In this document: piece by piece, positions 20,203 through 29,902 of the stretch
Position numbering within the stretch: position 1 is the first letter of the stretch
Layout: the number at the start of each line of letters is the position of its first letter
Origin: Gammaproteobacteria bacterium
Lineage (GTDB): Bacteria; Pseudomonadota; Gammaproteobacteria; Steroidobacterales; JBCCMA01
NCBI GenBank assembly: GCA_045107005.1
Contig: JBGCFP010000018.1
Coordinates: forward strand, 48 to 64,047
Direction: 5' to 3'
DNA: 64,000 nt
Notes under the pieces: model-generated
Told to the model about the DNA's origin: nothing
Databases searched by the model: none
Seen by the model: the letters and a program-made list of their open reading frames with translations, nothing else
Position numbers and translations under genes: made by a program

Positions 20203-20807
20203 GCACAACGCCGTCCTGGTTAAAGCCACTTGAAGCACTGCTTAACCGCCAGCTCAAGGACAACCCGGACGGTCGACGCGCGCTGCGTCAGGTGCACGGC
20301 GAGACGCTGGCGGTGAAACTCGAGGGCGTCAATATCGACTTGTATTTTCACGCGCTCGACGACGGGCTGGCGCTGCATTCGGAATACGAAGACGAACCGG
20401 CGGCCATCATCAGCGGCACGGTGCTGGCACTGGCATCGCTGATGGGCGGCGCCGCCGATGCTGCCGCCGTGCGCCGCACCGGCGTTACCATTCACGGTGA
20501 CACGGCGGTCGCGCAGAGCTTCCAGAACCTGTTTGAAGTGCTCAAGCCCGATTGGGAAGAAGAACTGTCGCGCATCATTGGCGATTCAGTCGCCCACCGC
20601 GTCGGTGACGCGGCACGCACATTGTTTGGCTGGGGCAAAGATGTCAGCACGCGCATGACCCAAGACTTCGCCGAGTACTTCACCGAAGAAAGCCGCGATT
20701 TACCCACCAAGACCGAAGCGGAGGATTTCCTCGACGATGTCGATCGCTTGCGCGATGATGTGGATCGCGCCGCTGCCCGCATGAAAAACTGGGAAGACGC
20801 CCGGTGA
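20199..20807 (+). CDS. ubiJ: ubiquinone biosynthesis accessory factor UbiJ (SCP2 domain)
   Basis: 202 aa between ubiE and ubiB, coupled at both ends. GTG start. Confidence 0.7.
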   Translation: MSTTPSWLKPLEALLNRQLKDNPDGRRALRQVHGETLAVKLEGVNIDLYFHALDDGLALHSEYEDEPAAIISGTVLALASLMGGAADAAAVRRTGVTIHGDTAVAQSFQNLFEVLKPDWEEELSRIIGDSVAHRVGDAARTLFGWGKDVSTRMTQDFAEYFTEESRDLPTKTEAEDFLDDVDRLRDDVDRAAARMKNWEDAR

Positions 20808-22447
20808 TACGCCCGCGGCATGTTGCCCGATTGATCAGCATCTATCGGGTGCTGCGACGCCACGGTCTGGACGACATCCTGCGCCGCCTCGAGCCCAAGC
20901 CACCGCTGTCTTACGTGTTGCGCGCGCTGCCGCGCTCCAGTGCCGATCGCAGCAAACCCCTGGGCGAGCGTTTGCGTTTGGCTTTGGAAGATCTCGGGCC
21001 GATCTTTGTCAAATTCGGCCAGATGCTGTCAACGCGACCGGATTTGCTGCCCGCTGATATCGCGAGTCAGCTCACCAAGCTCCAGGACGACGTGCCGCCA
21101 TTTCCAAGCGAAGTGGCTGTTGCGGTCATTGAAAAAGCGTTTGGTGAGTCGGTGAACGAAACCTTCGCGCGCTTTGAAAGCGAACCGTTGGCGTCAGCGT
21201 CCATTGCGCAAGTCCACGCGGCGACGCTCAAGGACGGTTCCGAAGTCGTCGTCAAGATTTTGCGCCCAAATATTCAGAAGCAGATTCGCGAAGATGTGGA
21301 CATTTTGCACGCCGCCGCCGCGGTCGTGCACAAGTACTGGGAACCCATTCGTCGCCTGCGTCCGCGCGACGTGGTGCGTGAATACGACAAAACCATCAAC
21401 GAAGAGCTGGATCTTATGCGCGAGGCCGCCAACGCCTCTCAGCTGCGTCGTCACTTTCCCCCTGAAAACGAAATTCTGTACGTCCCGCAAATTCACTGGG
21501 ACTACTGCAAGCCGCAGGCGCTGGTCATGGAGCGCATTTCCGGCGTGCCCGTCGCTAACATCGATGAGCTCAACGAGAACGGCGTTAATCTCAAAGTGCT
21601 GGCGGATCGCGGCGTCGAAATCTTTTTCATGCAGGTCTTCAAGTACAACTTCTTCCACGCTGACATGCATCCGGGCAACATTTTTGTCGACATCAGCGAT
21701 CCGGACAAACCCAGTTACATTGCGATTGATTTCGGGATCGTCGGCACGCTGACGCAGAGCGATCAGCACTATCTGGCGGGCAACCTGCTGGCGTTTTTCA
21801 AGCGCGACTACGGCAAGGTGGCTCAGCTGCACGTGGAATCGGGCTGGGTACCAGTCGGCACTCGTGTTGATGAATTTGAATCGGCCATCCGCACGGTGTG
21901 CGAGCCGATTTTTAACAAACCGTTGAAAGATATTTCCTTCGGCCAGTTTCTCGTACGCCTGTTCAGCGTCGCGCGACGCTTTGAAATGGAAGTGCAGCCG
22001 CAGTTGGTGTTGCTGCAAAAGACCTTGCTCAACATCGAAGGGCTTGGGCGACAGCTCTACCCCGACCTCGACCTGTGGCAAACCGCGAAGCCGTTCCTCG
22101 AAGACTGGATGGTGGAACAAACCAGCGGCAAGGAAGTGTTCAACAAACTGCGCGAGCATCTGCCCGAGCTCAGCGAGTCGGTGCAGCTGGTGCCGAACCT
22201 TGCTTTCAAGGCGCTGCAGCACATGGCGGAAGGCAAGCTGCTGTTGCACGCTGAAGAGAAAGACCGCGAAGAGCAACGGCTCGAGCGCAAGCGCGCCGAC
22301 GCGACGCTGCATCGGTCTGTGATGGGCGGCACGACGCTGGTCGCATCGGCGCTGCTGCTTGGCCTCGATGCTCAGCCACAGTGGCTGGGCTACTGTGCCC
22401 TGGTGGTCAGTGCAGCGTTCTTTTTCGCCGCGCGGCCACATCGCTAG
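20804..22447 (+). CDS. ubiB: ubiquinone biosynthesis regulatory kinase-like protein UbiB
   Basis: 547 aa. [26 protein letters not shown] and [10 protein letters not shown] motifs, with C-terminal TM helices. Confidence 0.9.
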   Translation: MIRPRHVARLISIYRVLRRHGLDDILRRLEPKPPLSYVLRALPRSSADRSKPLGERLRLALEDLGPIFVKFGQMLSTRPDLLPADIASQLTKLQDDVPPFPSEVAVAVIEKAFGESVNETFARFESEPLASASIAQVHAATLKDGSEVVVKILRPNIQKQIREDVDILHAAAAVVHKYWEPIRRLRPRDVVREYDKTINEELDLMREAANASQLRRHFPPENEILYVPQIHWDYCKPQALVMERISGVPVANIDELNENGVNLKVLADRGVEIFFMQVFKYNFFHADMHPGNIFVDISDPDKPSYIAIDFGIVGTLTQSDQHYLAGNLLAFFKRDYGKVAQLHVESGWVPVGTRVDEFESAIRTVCEPIFNKPLKDISFGQFLVRLFSVARRFEMEVQPQLVLLQKTLLNIEGLGRQLYPDLDLWQTAKPFLEDWMVEQTSGKEVFNKLREHLPELSESVQLVPNLAFKALQHMAEGKLLLHAEEKDREEQRLERKRADATLHRSVMGGTTLVASALLLGLDAQPQWLGYCALVVSAAFFFAARPHR

Positions 22448-22457
22448 CCCTCTTTGC

Positions 22458-23387
22458 CTACAGCGGCAGCCTGACCCCTTCTGATGCCACGTTAAAGCCC
22501 GCCGCACGCACACGACGGGCAGGCTCGCTGCGAAGATCGAGCAACGGGTTGGTGTGATTGAAGTGGATGAACCACACTTTCGAACGCTGCGTGGCGTCCA
22601 GCGAACCGAGGATATCCATCGACTCGGTAACCAGTGGATGCGGGATTTTCGACATATCACGGCCGGGCAGTTCACCGTCAGCAAAGAACGTCGCGTCGAG
22701 CAGCGCGTAGTCGACTTCTTGAACCACGTTCACCAGTTGACGCTCCCAGCGCGACCACTTGTCGATGTCGGGAATGAACAGCGCGGTGCGCTCAGGGCCG
22801 GCAATGAGATAGCCGACCGTTTCGGAATACTCATCGCGATGGGGCACCAGTAGTGGCGTAACGGTTACGCCGCCAAGGCTGACGGCACGCTCATGCTCGA
22901 GTGGTTGCAATGCCACGTTGTTGAGTTGAATCAACTGATCCCACGGCCCGTTGGATTGTAGAAACTGCGTCATTCGCGGCATTGCAAACACCGGCACCGC
23001 TGTACTACCGATGGCCTCGCGGCCAAGATACATGAGCCCCGCGTAGTGACCGATATGCGCGTGAGTGAGAAAAATACCGTCGAGCGAATAGCGTTGGTCT
23101 GGCGCGACCGTATTCAGCGCGTGCAACTGCTCGCCGATAGCAGGTGTCGCTTCAAACAGCGCTTTGCTGTCAAACGCCGGCTGCACCAAACCCAAGGCAA
23201 CGGGTGGCCGTCGGCGCCGAGGGTCGCGCCAACCTCTCTCGCATCGATCCGAATAGCAGCCAGGCTGGGGATAGCCCGCATCCTGGGCAACGCCCAGAAC
23301 GAGCAAATACGGGCCAACCGGTGGCGGCGTTTGCGCGCAGCCGACCAGGCAAAAACCGAGAATCATGGCGATGAAGCGTTGTGTCAT
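22458..23387 (-). CDS. MBL-fold metallo-hydrolase lipoprotein (PqqB-like)
   Basis: ORF trimmed to ATG 23387. Lipobox LVGC. LTHAHIGHYAG metal motif and HFNHTNP near the C-terminus. Confidence 0.6.
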   Translation of the reverse strand: MTQRFIAMILGFCLVGCAQTPPPVGPYLLVLGVAQDAGYPQPGCYSDRCERGWRDPRRRRPPVALGLVQPAFDSKALFEATPAIGEQLHALNTVAPDQRYSLDGIFLTHAHIGHYAGLMYLGREAIGSTAVPVFAMPRMTQFLQSNGPWDQLIQLNNVALQPLEHERAVSLGGVTVTPLLVPHRDEYSETVGYLIAGPERTALFIPDIDKWSRWERQLVNVVQEVDYALLDATFFADGELPGRDMSKIPHPLVTESMDILGSLDATQRSKVWFIHFNHTNPLLDLRSEPARRVRAAGFNVASEGVRLPL

Positions 23388-23480
23388 GAGGCAGAGAATA
23401 CACGGTGACTGACCAGCGACTTGACGCGATCCGTATACGAAGATTAGTGTAGTAAGGCCTTCGTAATTAGGGAGTCTGTC

Positions 23481-24113
23481 ATGGGTCGCGCAATTCACGT
23501 CCGCTTTATTCCCGCGGCGATGACCGCCGTCGTCATTGGCTTTTTGCTGCAGCTGTTGATGCAGAGCCTGATTCAGACGACCCCTGCCCCTGCGCCGCCA
23601 GCGGAATCACCGGTCGACCTGCAGATTGCCGCGCCGCCGCCCAAACCGGTGGTCACAACGGTCGACCCTAATCCGCCCCCGCCAGCGGTGAAGCGCCCAA
23701 GCCTAGAAGGTCTGACGCAGATTGACACCGTCGACGTCGTTCTCCCACCGGCAGCCCCGACCCATTTCTCCCCTGGTGCCGTTCGAGTCACGCCCGGCGA
23801 GCCCGGCCGTTTCTTGAGTTCACCGACATTGCCGGATCAGGCGGCGCGTGCAACCACACCCCTGTTGCCGAGCTTTCCCGAACGCGCCAAACGTTTGGGA
23901 CGCAGTGGCGTCGTGACCGCCTCGTTTACGGTGCTGCCTGACGGCAGCGCGTCGGACATCGACATCGAAGCGGTTGAGCCACGCAATCTTGGGTTCGAAC
24001 AGGCGGTACGCCGCACGTTGCTGCGTGCCCGATTCAACCCGGCAACCGCGCAAGGCACCGCGGTGGCGACCCGACTACGTCAACGTTTTGTGTTTGAGCT
24101 GGACGACAACTGA
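23481..24113 (+). CDS. TonB-family energy transducer (C-terminal domain protein)
   Basis: N-terminal TM helix, Pro-rich spacer (PAPAPPAESP...PPPKP...PNPPPPA), and TonB-C-like domain GRSGVVTASFTVLPDGSASDIDIE. Confidence 0.7.
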   Translation: MGRAIHVRFIPAAMTAVVIGFLLQLLMQSLIQTTPAPAPPAESPVDLQIAAPPPKPVVTTVDPNPPPPAVKRPSLEGLTQIDTVDVVLPPAAPTHFSPGAVRVTPGEPGRFLSSPTLPDQAARATTPLLPSFPERAKRLGRSGVVTASFTVLPDGSASDIDIEAVEPRNLGFEQAVRRTLLRARFNPATAQGTAVATRLRQRFVFELDDN

Positions 24114-24635
24114 TCAGACACCCACTTTCAACTTGCCCAGGAAATCGCGCTTGCCAACCGGCACGCCGAGCATGCGCAGGATGTCGTAGCCAGTGGTGGC
24201 ATGGAAGTAAAAATTCGGCAACGAAAACGAGAGCACGAAATTTTCCGTTGTGAACGGCAGTTCCATTTCGCCGAGTTTGAACACAACCTTGCCGCCAGCC
24301 AGTCCGTTGATCTCGTCTTCGGTCAGCGCCTGCAACTGAGCCAGCGTGTCAGCGATCAGTTTTTGCAGCCCGGCGTAGTCGGTTTCCGGGTAACCGCTGG
24401 GCGGTGAAAACTCGCCCGAACGCATGCCTTTCACCACACCCATGGATTGATGCACCACGCCGACCACCTGCGCATGAAAGCTCCACATGTCCGGGTGCAG
24501 ACTCGTCGCGACGACGTCATCCAAGGCAACATCGTTCGCCTTGCAGTGTTCAGCTGCTTTGTCCATAAACGCAGCCACGGCAGGGACCACTTGCAGATAG
24601 CTGCCGATACTCATGTCGTAGAGTGAAGTGCTCAT
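24114..24635 (-). CDS. DUF1993 family protein
   Basis: 173 aa. LHPDMWSF and FSLPNFYFHATTGYDILRMLGVPVGKRDFLG are typical of DUF1993. Confidence 0.75.
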   Translation of the reverse strand: MSTSLYDMSIGSYLQVVPAVAAFMDKAAEHCKANDVALDDVVATSLHPDMWSFHAQVVGVVHQSMGVVKGMRSGEFSPPSGYPETDYAGLQKLIADTLAQLQALTEDEINGLAGGKVVFKLGEMELPFTTENFVLSFSLPNFYFHATTGYDILRMLGVPVGKRDFLGKLKVGV

Positions 24636-24725
24636 ATCATTAACGTCCTCGTTGGTGAAGCCAATCGGTGTTGCATCGGGTGGCTCATCATGCGACCGGA
24701 TCGAATTTGGCGCAATACGCGAGGC

Positions 24726-25097
24726 TCAAACGTGCTGATCAACGAGGATCGGGTTACCGTCCGGATCCACAACGACAAAGCTCGCCGGGCCGGTGGTCGA
24801 CGTATCGGCCTCAACTTCAAGCGCCACACCTTGCTCACGCAGAGACGCCTGCAGCTTGCGCACATCGGTGTAGTCAGGGAGTGTTTCGCACTCCCGATTC
24901 CAGCCGGGGTTGAACGTGAGCATGTTTTTCTCGAACATGCCCTGAAACAAACCGATGACGCACTCGCCGTTACGCAGGATGACCCAGCCTTGCTCCGCCT
25001 CTCCCATCTGCTGCGTGAAGCCCAGTTTTTGATAAAAAGCCAGTGACACCGCCAGATCTTTCACCGTCAGGCTGACTGAAAAATTTCCCAATTCCAT
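24726..25097 (-). CDS. VOC (glyoxalase/bleomycin-resistance) family protein
   Basis: ORF trimmed to ATG 25097 (MELGNFSVSLTVKDLAVSLAFYQKLGF...). Confidence 0.7.
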   Translation of the reverse strand: MELGNFSVSLTVKDLAVSLAFYQKLGFTQQMGEAEQGWVILRNGECVIGLFQGMFEKNMLTFNPGWNRECETLPDYTDVRKLQASLREQGVALEVEADTSTTGPASFVVVDPDGNPILVDQHV

Positions 25098-25202
25098 CGT
25101 ATCGCTCCTGATTAGTAGAACGTGTTCATTGTGGACCCAAAACGCCACGAAGCGCTCACCCGGCCGGGTGATTTCGCCTGCAAGCAGGAATAATATCGAG
25201 TA

Positions 25203-26111
25203 ATGAAGTTACGGATAAGCCTAATCGTGCTGCTGATCATCCTTGGGTTGATCGGCTGGCTGAGTGCCGATCAACGCGTCGAACAAGCCACGGGACCGCG
25301 CCCGCTGGTTGCCGATCTGCCGGCAGACGAGACCATCGACGACCCGGCAATCCCGGAGGTCGAACCGCAGGACAAGAAAGGCTGTCTGAGCGAGCAGCAG
25401 ATGGAGGGCAGTCGGGCGGTCATGAATGAGGCGCGTCGACGTGACCCGATCGACACCCGCGGACCGGACATCGAAGCGTTTCGCGGTGTTGAGAAAGCCG
25501 ACCTTGAAGTGTTCGCTGAGTCCGGCAATTCGGCGGCCATGGTGGTCCTGGCCACGCGTATCGCGCTGGAAGCGCAGGGTAAAGACCCGGACACTGCGCT
25601 CGACGTGCTCAACGAGTACGGACCCATAGTCTGGCCGCCGGATCGAGTCGAGGGCGAGGCGCTGGCGAAAATACGCGAAGCCGAGCACTGGTTTTACGAG
25701 GCCGCTTTACACGGGCGCGTGCTCGCGCTCCAACGCTACGGCAGTCTCAGATGGCTGTCGGTCGGTGGGCCAGTCGAACTCGGTTGGATTGACCGGGATA
25801 CTTACGCGACTCTGGACGGGCACACGCAGATCACATTAATCCCGGGCAATTTTTACGGCGCCATGGTTTACGATTTGCACCCCGGACTGCGCGAAGGCCT
25901 CCTGGGATTTCTGGCTGACATCATGCCCGACCGCCCACTCGCACAAGAATTACGTCAATCGGTGATGAACGCGTTTCTTGAGGAACGCGCAGCACGCGGA
26001 TTGCGGGCCGCTGTCGTTCCACCCAGCCTGCTGTCCTGGGAGGGCGTGATGAGCGAGCTTTGTGCGTCGGATCTGGCCCGACTAATGCGCAGTGCGTTTG
26101 AGGACGATTAG
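25203..26111 (+). CDS. membrane-anchored hypothetical protein (degenerate Sel1-like helices?)
   Basis: 302-aa ORF with an N-terminal TM helix. No family recognised with confidence. Confidence 0.4.
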   Translation: MKLRISLIVLLIILGLIGWLSADQRVEQATGPRPLVADLPADETIDDPAIPEVEPQDKKGCLSEQQMEGSRAVMNEARRRDPIDTRGPDIEAFRGVEKADLEVFAESGNSAAMVVLATRIALEAQGKDPDTALDVLNEYGPIVWPPDRVEGEALAKIREAEHWFYEAALHGRVLALQRYGSLRWLSVGGPVELGWIDRDTYATLDGHTQITLIPGNFYGAMVYDLHPGLREGLLGFLADIMPDRPLAQELRQSVMNAFLEERAARGLRAAVVPPSLLSWEGVMSELCASDLARLMRSAFEDD

Positions 26112-26151
26112 ATCGCGGGTCCGTCGCGCAGATTGACGGGCATGCGTCGGA

Positions 26152-27483
26152 CTAGGCCCCCAACAAATTCTCAACCGTCACTTCCAACACGCGCTCGTCA
26201 CGATAATGCGCAACATCGCCGCGCGTCTCGGCCACACGATCCTGCATCACGGTATTGAGCAGCAGGCGATCGATAGTCTGCGCGATGGTCGATGCACTGT
26301 CGTTGGTGACATCGCCGCGCATCGCGAGGCCGTGGTGCACCAGCCTTGCCGCCACGCCCGGTTGATCGTTGTAGCGCGGATACAGCAACATCGGCACCGC
26401 GTGATGCAGGCACTCGTGAACGGTATTCATGCCGCCGTAAGTAATGCACAGGTCACTGTGCGCCAGCACTTCGAGCTGCGGCACGTAGGCCAGCGCGTGA
26501 ACGTTGTCTGGCAGCGGTAAATCTACCGCATGATCACGGCCGCCCAGCCCGATAATCATCTGCACGGCCGGATGCTCGGCCATGGCTTGCACCACGCGGG
26601 GCAGAAAATCGTCGTCACGTAAATTCATCGTGGTTAGCGCACAGTAAATGATCTTGCTCTGCTTGTTCTTACGCTCTTCATACAGTTGGTGTAAACGCGC
26701 CTGATCCTCAACACTGACCTCTTGGTCACGACGCTCAGTCGCCACCATTGGCCCTACGTAAGTGGCACCTGGCCTTGGCGTATGCGGGAACTCCAGCTCG
26801 CGGGCAGTGAGAAGGAGCACCGGCAAGTGCGTGTCGACAAACAACGTGTGCGCATCGTACTGCCGCAGGGCACTGACCGGATAGCCGCACTGTCGCGCGT
26901 AGGCGAGCAACACGTGGCGCCTTTCGGTAAACGCGTTGCGCAGGGAGATGAGTTTGGTCTGGCGAAAACGTTGCCGTTGATACTGCTGCCAGCTCTTAGT
27001 CCCCGATGCGTCAGGCCCCAACGGCGTCGGGAGCGGCGGCACGCCGTCTTGCTGCCAACTGGCAAAGAACGGGGTGATCAAAGCCGTGCGAATTTCCAAC
27101 GCATGCAGTGTAAAGATGTGCTCGTACAGCTCGCTGTCGATCAGCACCAGATCCGGTTTCTCGTCGGAAATGAAAGTCTTGAACGGCGCCAGGTTGAGCG
27201 CTTCGATGCCCGCCTGACGACGTCCACTGGCGCCCGACCACTCGGCAACTCGAGATCGCAGCGAACCCAGCGGACCGTCGATGCGCGGCGGCGGCGGCGC
27301 TGGATCAAAATTGACCGGCGGCAGCTGCACGTAGCGCAGCGATTGCGCTTCGACCACGGTGCCAACATCGTGCGGACTGGCGCAGGTGACAGTGTGTCCC
27401 GCCGCCTGCAAGCGTGCCACCAGCTCGAAACTGGCGTTGAGCAAACCGCGCAAACCGCTGGTAATGCAGACAATATGGGCCAT
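26152..27483 (-). CDS. GT1-family (UDP-glycosyltransferase, MGT/CrtX-like) glycosyltransferase
   Basis: MAHIVCITSG...ARLQAAGHTVT N-terminal Rossmann half. C-terminal ITYGGMNTVHECLHHAVPMLLYP...DQPGVA UDP-sugar motif. Start is ATG 27483 or 27492. Confidence 0.7.
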   Translation of the reverse strand: MAHIVCITSGLRGLLNASFELVARLQAAGHTVTCASPHDVGTVVEAQSLRYVQLPPVNFDPAPPPPRIDGPLGSLRSRVAEWSGASGRRQAGIEALNLAPFKTFISDEKPDLVLIDSELYEHIFTLHALEIRTALITPFFASWQQDGVPPLPTPLGPDASGTKSWQQYQRQRFRQTKLISLRNAFTERRHVLLAYARQCGYPVSALRQYDAHTLFVDTHLPVLLLTARELEFPHTPRPGATYVGPMVATERRDQEVSVEDQARLHQLYEERKNKQSKIIYCALTTMNLRDDDFLPRVVQAMAEHPAVQMIIGLGGRDHAVDLPLPDNVHALAYVPQLEVLAHSDLCITYGGMNTVHECLHHAVPMLLYPRYNDQPGVAARLVHHGLAMRGDVTNDSASTIAQTIDRLLLNTVMQDRVAETRGDVAHYRDERVLEVTVENLLGA

Positions 27484-27754
27484 GGACGACACTTCGACAG
27501 GATGGGCTTACGAACGCCGCCATTAAACCACGAATCGCACCTTGATCCAGCGAGACCGCGCAACGCTGCCGCGTGTCGGCAACGGCCCCTGAGCGATCCG
27601 TTAGTCCGAGTGCGGGATGGCCAAACGAAGTGAGCGGTTTGAGTGACTGCGCCAACTGGCTCCAGTGCAAGTCTGCGACTAAACTGGAGCGACCAACTGT
27701 CGGTCAATGCGAAGAACGGCGGCTGACTGCTTTCTTGCCTCTAAAGAGACCGCC

Positions 27755-28060
27755 ATGACCGAGCCGCGCACGGTCTGCCACACGCCAACACCGGGCAAGC
27801 AGCCCACCACCATTCCCACGTGGAAGTATCAAGCCATTCATGCTGCCATTGTGCAGATCGTACCGGCCAGCGAACCCGGCATCGTCGCCAAGGACCTGCC
27901 CGAAATGGTTGCTGATCTGTTGAGCGCTGAGATCAAGGCCGAACTTGGGTCGATCGCATGGCATACCACGACGGTGAAGTTCAACATGGAAGTCGACGGG
28001 GAATTGGCCCGCGTGGAAAACGCGCGACCACAGCGGCTGATTCTCAGCCGTCAAACTTGA
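27755..28060 (+). CDS. small hypothetical protein (possibly DUF6958-like, from memory)
   Basis: ORF 27707..28060 trimmed to ATG 27755 (MTEPRTVCHTPTPGKQPTTIPTWKY...). Confidence 0.4.
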   Translation: MTEPRTVCHTPTPGKQPTTIPTWKYQAIHAAIVQIVPASEPGIVAKDLPEMVADLLSAEIKAELGSIAWHTTTVKFNMEVDGELARVENARPQRLILSRQT

Positions 28061-28772
28061 TCGGCAACGACTTATGCCTGATCACCGCGTAACCCACGGC
28101 CGCCGGCCAGAAGAACATTAACAGCAAGATGAACAGAAAGAGGCTGAAGCGTTTTTGCTGAACCGGTGCGGGCTGGGCGGAAAAGAACGGCTGCGGGGCC
28201 GGACCTGGACTTGGCGTCTGCAGCTGATACTGCAAGCGACTGATGGACGCGCTGTCCAGCGCGCCGTTGCAATAGGTGCACGATAATTCTTCCACGCGCG
28301 TATCGGCGGCGACCGTCACACTCACCGACGCTCCGCACGAGGCGCAGCGTTGTGAGTGCGTGAGCGTATCGCCGCGGGTCGAACTTACGTGTCGAACGGT
28401 GTTGCTGCCGTCATCCAGCATTAAACCCGCTTGCGCCTTGCGGTTGAGCAGGTTCACCGCGTCGCGCAGCTGCGAGCGGCTAAAACCGGTCATCGCCCGC
28501 AGTTCACTGATCGGCATTTCCGGATGCACGCGCATGACGCGACCCAGCTCCACGGTACGCGTTTCGCGCCGACGCACTTTATAGCCGGCGATGAGAAGCA
28601 CCGCCGGGGCGAGCGCGAACATCCCGTAGCTGATAACCGCCGGCAGTGGCCAGGTGCGAACGGGGGAGTCATCCAGCACGCCGAAACTCATCAATAGAAC
28701 CAGCGCGCCGAGCACATACCCGGTGCGAACCAGCACGTCATCTATGCGATAGAGGTTGTCGGTCGACTCTGA
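28044..28772 (-). CDS. membrane protein with cytoplasmic wHTH-like segment and zinc-ribbon (CxxC...CxxC)
   Basis: ATG 28772 (MSESTDNLY...). Two N-terminal TM helices, CASCGASVSVTVAADTRVEELSCTYCNG, then a C-terminal TM helix. Its 3' end overlaps the convergent 27755..28060 gene by 17 nt. Confidence 0.45.
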   Translation of the reverse strand, partial: SESTDNLYRIDDVLVRTGYVLGALVLLMSFGVLDDSPVRTWPLPAVISYGMFALAPAVLLIAGYKVRRRETRTVELGRVMRVHPEMPISELRAMTGFSRSQLRDAVNLLNRKAQAGLMLDDGSNTVRHVSSTRGDTLTHSQRCASCGASVSVTVAADTRVEELSCTYCNGALDSASISRLQYQLQTPSPGPAPQPFFSAQPAPVQQKRFSLFLFILLLMFFWPAAVGYAVIRHKSLPIKFDG

Positions 28773-28815
28773 CATAACCCCCATAGTAACGAATCAGTGC
28801 GCGCGTGTTGGTGAT

Positions 28816-29355
28816 TTACGTCACGCGCGCGGGCATTACGCCCGGGTTGCGCAGTACCGCAGCACTAATCAGCGAGATCAGGAATCCAACGGGGAAAATT
28901 TCGAGAAAAGTCATGGGTAGCCGAAAACCCGGGTTGTCGTATCGCTCTTTCATCACCGCGGCGCTAGCGATGGCTTCTTCAATCTTCTCAGGCGTAGCAT
29001 CCGGCGCCTCGCGCACTTCCTGGATGACCGACGCGTTGTAGTCATCGATGAACCGGTAGTCGGTGGCGGCAAGGTTCGCTTCCCAAGCCACGACATAGAC
29101 CAGCCCCGCGACCACAGAAATACCCAGACCGACCTGCAGCGCTTTCCAGAATCGAATTACCCCGCCGCTTTCGTTGTCGCGGTAGCGCTTGATGCCGATG
29201 AAAATCACGCTCAATGCGATCAGCATGATCAGATAGCCCAGCCACTCCAGCCCCGCCAAATGCGTTGAACCGGACATCAGATTGACGCTCAGAATCGCCG
29301 AGCCAATGACGATGACGCCCGACACAATGCCGTAAACGAGGATTATTTTTTTCAT
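28816..29355 (-). CDS. DUF4199-like membrane protein
   Basis: ATG 29355 (MKKIILVYGIVSGVIVIG...). Four TM helices. Lies downstream of the membrane LuxR gene. Confidence 0.55.
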   Translation of the reverse strand: MKKIILVYGIVSGVIVIGSAILSVNLMSGSTHLAGLEWLGYLIMLIALSVIFIGIKRYRDNESGGVIRFWKALQVGLGISVVAGLVYVVAWEANLAATDYRFIDDYNASVIQEVREAPDATPEKIEEAIASAAVMKERYDNPGFRLPMTFLEIFPVGFLISLISAAVLRNPGVMPARVT

Positions 29356-29478
29356 ACTAGTCACCCTGACAGGAGTTAGAAGGTGGCACCACGTTAATCA
29401 CTCGCAGCGTACCAGGCATCACCCGAACGGGGGATTTTCAGCTGATTCAGAGTCTTGCGGGACCACTCGCGCACGAGT

Positions 29479-29892
29479 TCAGGGAATCAGGCGCAGCTCG
29501 CGCGCCTTGCGCACGGCTTGAGTACGCCGGGCGACGTCGAGCTTGCCGTAGAGGTTTTTCAGATGGGTTTTGACCGTATTGGGCGACACAAACAGCCCGT
29601 CCGCAATCTCCTGATTGGAATGGCCCTTGGCCAGCAGCTCGAGCACGTCCACTTCGCGCGGACTGATTTGCAGTGTCGCCAGGGCTTGCTCATTGCGTTC
29701 AAAGGGTGCCGCTTCCTCGCGTTGCGTCAAACGGTGTCCAACCCAGATGCCAAGAGCGCAGAACAGCAGTGCAATCGCGACGATGTAGATTTGCGTAGAA
29801 AAATAGCGGACCGCGTAACGGTATTCGAGCCAATGCAGCACAAACGCGCCCAGCGCCATGATCAGACCGTATCGCCACACCGTCTTGGCCAT
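29479..29892 (-). CDS. membrane-anchored LuxR-family HTH regulator
   Basis: ORF trimmed to ATG 29892 (MAKTVWRYGLIMALGAFVL...). Two or three TM helices, then ISPREVDVLELLAKGHSNQEIADGLFVSPNTVKTHLKNLYGKLDV. Confidence 0.7.
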   Translation of the reverse strand: MAKTVWRYGLIMALGAFVLHWLEYRYAVRYFSTQIYIVAIALLFCALGIWVGHRLTQREEAAPFERNEQALATLQISPREVDVLELLAKGHSNQEIADGLFVSPNTVKTHLKNLYGKLDVARRTQAVRKARELRLIP

Positions 29893-29902
29893 TGGGCGTA
29901 CT

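Noticed and set aside
21194-22684. 496-aa ORF on the minus strand covering most of ubiB. Similar long antisense ORFs are 15205..16161, 17698..18486, 8292..9011, 26722..27633, 42940..43797, 43858..44751, 52609..53340, 56416..57468 and 60225..60953.
   Set aside because: Each lies antisense to a gene with clear conserved motifs. Their translations are Arg/Ala/Gly-rich and low in complexity, as expected for stop-poor antisense frames in high-GC DNA. None shows a recognisable motif.
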